A DNA stretch of 56,825 nt from a virus (Duplodnaviria; Caudoviricetes): IMG/VR virus record IMGVR_UViG_3300017910_000654, positions 1-56,825 of that record. One strand, 5' to 3'. The first letter of the stretch is position 1. Each line of letters starts with the position of its first letter. Position numbers and translations under genes: made by a program. Below, piece by piece: positions 55,606 through 56,825 of this stretch. Under the pieces are notes generated by a model. That model was given only the letters and a program-made list of their open reading frames with translations. It was not told the DNA's origin and searched no databases.

Positions 55606-55656
55606 AACTATCGTTGAACGAACAACGTGTATTTTTTAATCATTAAATATTCTAAC

Positions 55657-56307
55657 ATGAATCATTTACTAACTATCGAAAAGGACTTCTTAATGTCCAA
55701 TGCAGTAACTAGCGAAATTAACTTCGCTTCAATCTTCACAGCTCAAGCTAGCGCTGACAATGCTCAGAAAGCCAAGTTTGACAAATCCATCAAGCTAGCC
55801 GAAATGGTAGCGAATGCATCAGCATGGTTTGACAAGGCTGAAACCAAGGCACAGCTAGAAGCTAACGGCATCGAATGGGATAACAAAGAGACGTTCTTCC
55901 AACGTGTCTTCGGATGGCAGAAAAGCTTTGCCTACAAGATGGTCAAAGCGGGTAAGCTAAAGATTGAGCAAGGCGAAGTAGTTACGGCGTTCAAACGTCA
56001 TTGTACTGCCTTAGAGAATGCAGGCGAAGGTTCCAACCGCTCAATCGCAGGATTGCTCAAATTCGCCAAAGGCGATACCGAGACAGCTAGCCGTCCGAAA
56101 GCCTTAGCAACATTCAGCATTGCCAAGGATGGCGTCAATGGCGAGAAAGGATTTTCAATCCGTCTCAATCTTGATGGCTCAATCGACATGAGCGGAGAGT
56201 TAATCGACAGCAACATCGAGTACAATATCAACAAGCTATTCGGTAAGCTACAAAGGCTGAATGAATATCAGCAAAGAATTAATGAATCTCAGCAATCTAA
56301 CAGCTAA
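55657..56307 (+). CDS. Hypothetical first early protein (possible HTH)
   Basis: Start reassigned to ATG 55657; FFQRVFGWQKSFAYKMVKA resembles an HTH. Confidence 0.7.
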   Translation: MNHLLTIEKDFLMSNAVTSEINFASIFTAQASADNAQKAKFDKSIKLAEMVANASAWFDKAETKAQLEANGIEWDNKETFFQRVFGWQKSFAYKMVKAGKLKIEQGEVVTAFKRHCTALENAGEGSNRSIAGLLKFAKGDTETASRPKALATFSIAKDGVNGEKGFSIRLNLDGSIDMSGELIDSNIEYNINKLFGKLQRLNEYQQRINESQQSNS

Positions 56308-56322
56308 ACCTATTTTTTAATC

Positions 56323-56346
56323 AGTGGTGTCCTCAAGGACACCACT
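56323..56346 (+). repeat. Extended hairpin with palindrome copy 18 (56327-56342)
   Basis: AGTG-GTGTCCTCAAGGACAC-CACT. Confidence 0.95.
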
Positions 56347-56364
56347 ACCTAAACCCTAAGTAAC

Positions 56365-56825
56365 ATGAGAAATTTACAATCAAATATCGGCGTACAATAC
56401 ACGAACATCGGCGATACCGAGCGACGTGGCGAAGTAGTAAGCTATCACAGCAGTCCAACACCTAGGTTTCTAGTGGACGCGACAGCTGAGGACGTAAGCG
56501 GACTGAGTGAAAGCGACAAGCTAAACATCGACGGCACCAAAGCTAAATTCGCTATCGGTTTCGAAGTTGAAAAGACTTCACTGCGACGTGGCGCAGTCAT
56601 GGAATACCCATTGTTCAAAGGCTTTGAGCGCGACGGCTCTTGTGGTTACGAAGCGATTACTCACGTTCTGCCTTTGGTCGGTCGCTCAATGTGGCGAACG
56701 AAGGTGTTCAATATGTTTGCAGAAGCCAAGCATATCATCGACGAGCAGTATAGCCCAAGCGATTACCGCTGTGGCGGTCACATGACCTTCAGCGTATATG
56801 GTATGGAAGGTCATCAGCTGATGGA
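56365..56825 (+). CDS. Putative amidoligase (COOH-NH2 ligase, Amidoligase_2-like), truncated by the window end
   Basis: Hand-translated MRNLQSNIG...IGFEVEK...ERDGSCGYEAIT...RCGGHMT; absent from the ORF track. Confidence 0.75.
   Translation, partial: MRNLQSNIGVQYTNIGDTERRGEVVSYHSSPTPRFLVDATAEDVSGLSESDKLNIDGTKAKFAIGFEVEKTSLRRGAVMEYPLFKGFERDGSCGYEAITHVLPLVGRSMWRTKVFNMFAEAKHIIDEQYSPSDYRCGGHMTFSVYGMEGHQLM

Noticed and set aside
56567-56785. 72-aa ORF in the track
   Set aside because: Wrong frame; it lies within the amidoligase frame starting at 56365
1-56825. Stop-codon reassignment, diversity-generating retroelement, introns/inteins, or a retrozyme explanation for the hammerheads
   Set aside because: Genes are intact in the standard code with all three stops used; no reverse transcriptase or TR/VR pair; terL, primase and helicase look uninterrupted; the two ribozymes are 3.7 kb apart and not in LTR-like direct repeats

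Overview
This looks like a near-complete ~57 kb genome of a podovirus-like tailed phage. The host is probably Bacteroidota/Flavobacteriia, since TTTG-N20-TAnnTTTG-type promoters recur. There are two arms. The + strand early/replication arm runs 55657 -> window end -> 1..13791 and carries an amidoligase, a GATase-II/GGCT fusion, many small ORFs, annealing protein/exonuclease/SSB, a primase-helicase, an SNF2 helicase and nucleases. The - strand late arm runs 55216 -> 13885 and carries tRNA-Arg, an M23 peptidase, GroEL/GroES, small basic proteins, lysis genes, terminase, portal, scaffold, capsid, tail proteins and a 3105-aa internal virion protein. I recognised no DNA polymerase, integrase or methyltransferase. 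The most striking signals are non-coding: (1) a 16-bp palindrome GTGTCYTYRARGACAC in 18 copies genome-wide, 7 of them inside genes in all three frames; (2) two type III hammerhead ribozymes, each directly behind a palindrome copy and directly ahead of a small membrane protein; (3) a pseudoknot ahead of the SSB-like gene; (4) two homologous iteron-containing origin-like elements; (5) apparent avoidance of GATC, GGCC and CCAG/CTGG. In addition, a ~65-aa module is inserted into four different virion proteins. All calls come from reading the sequence by eye; no database search was run.
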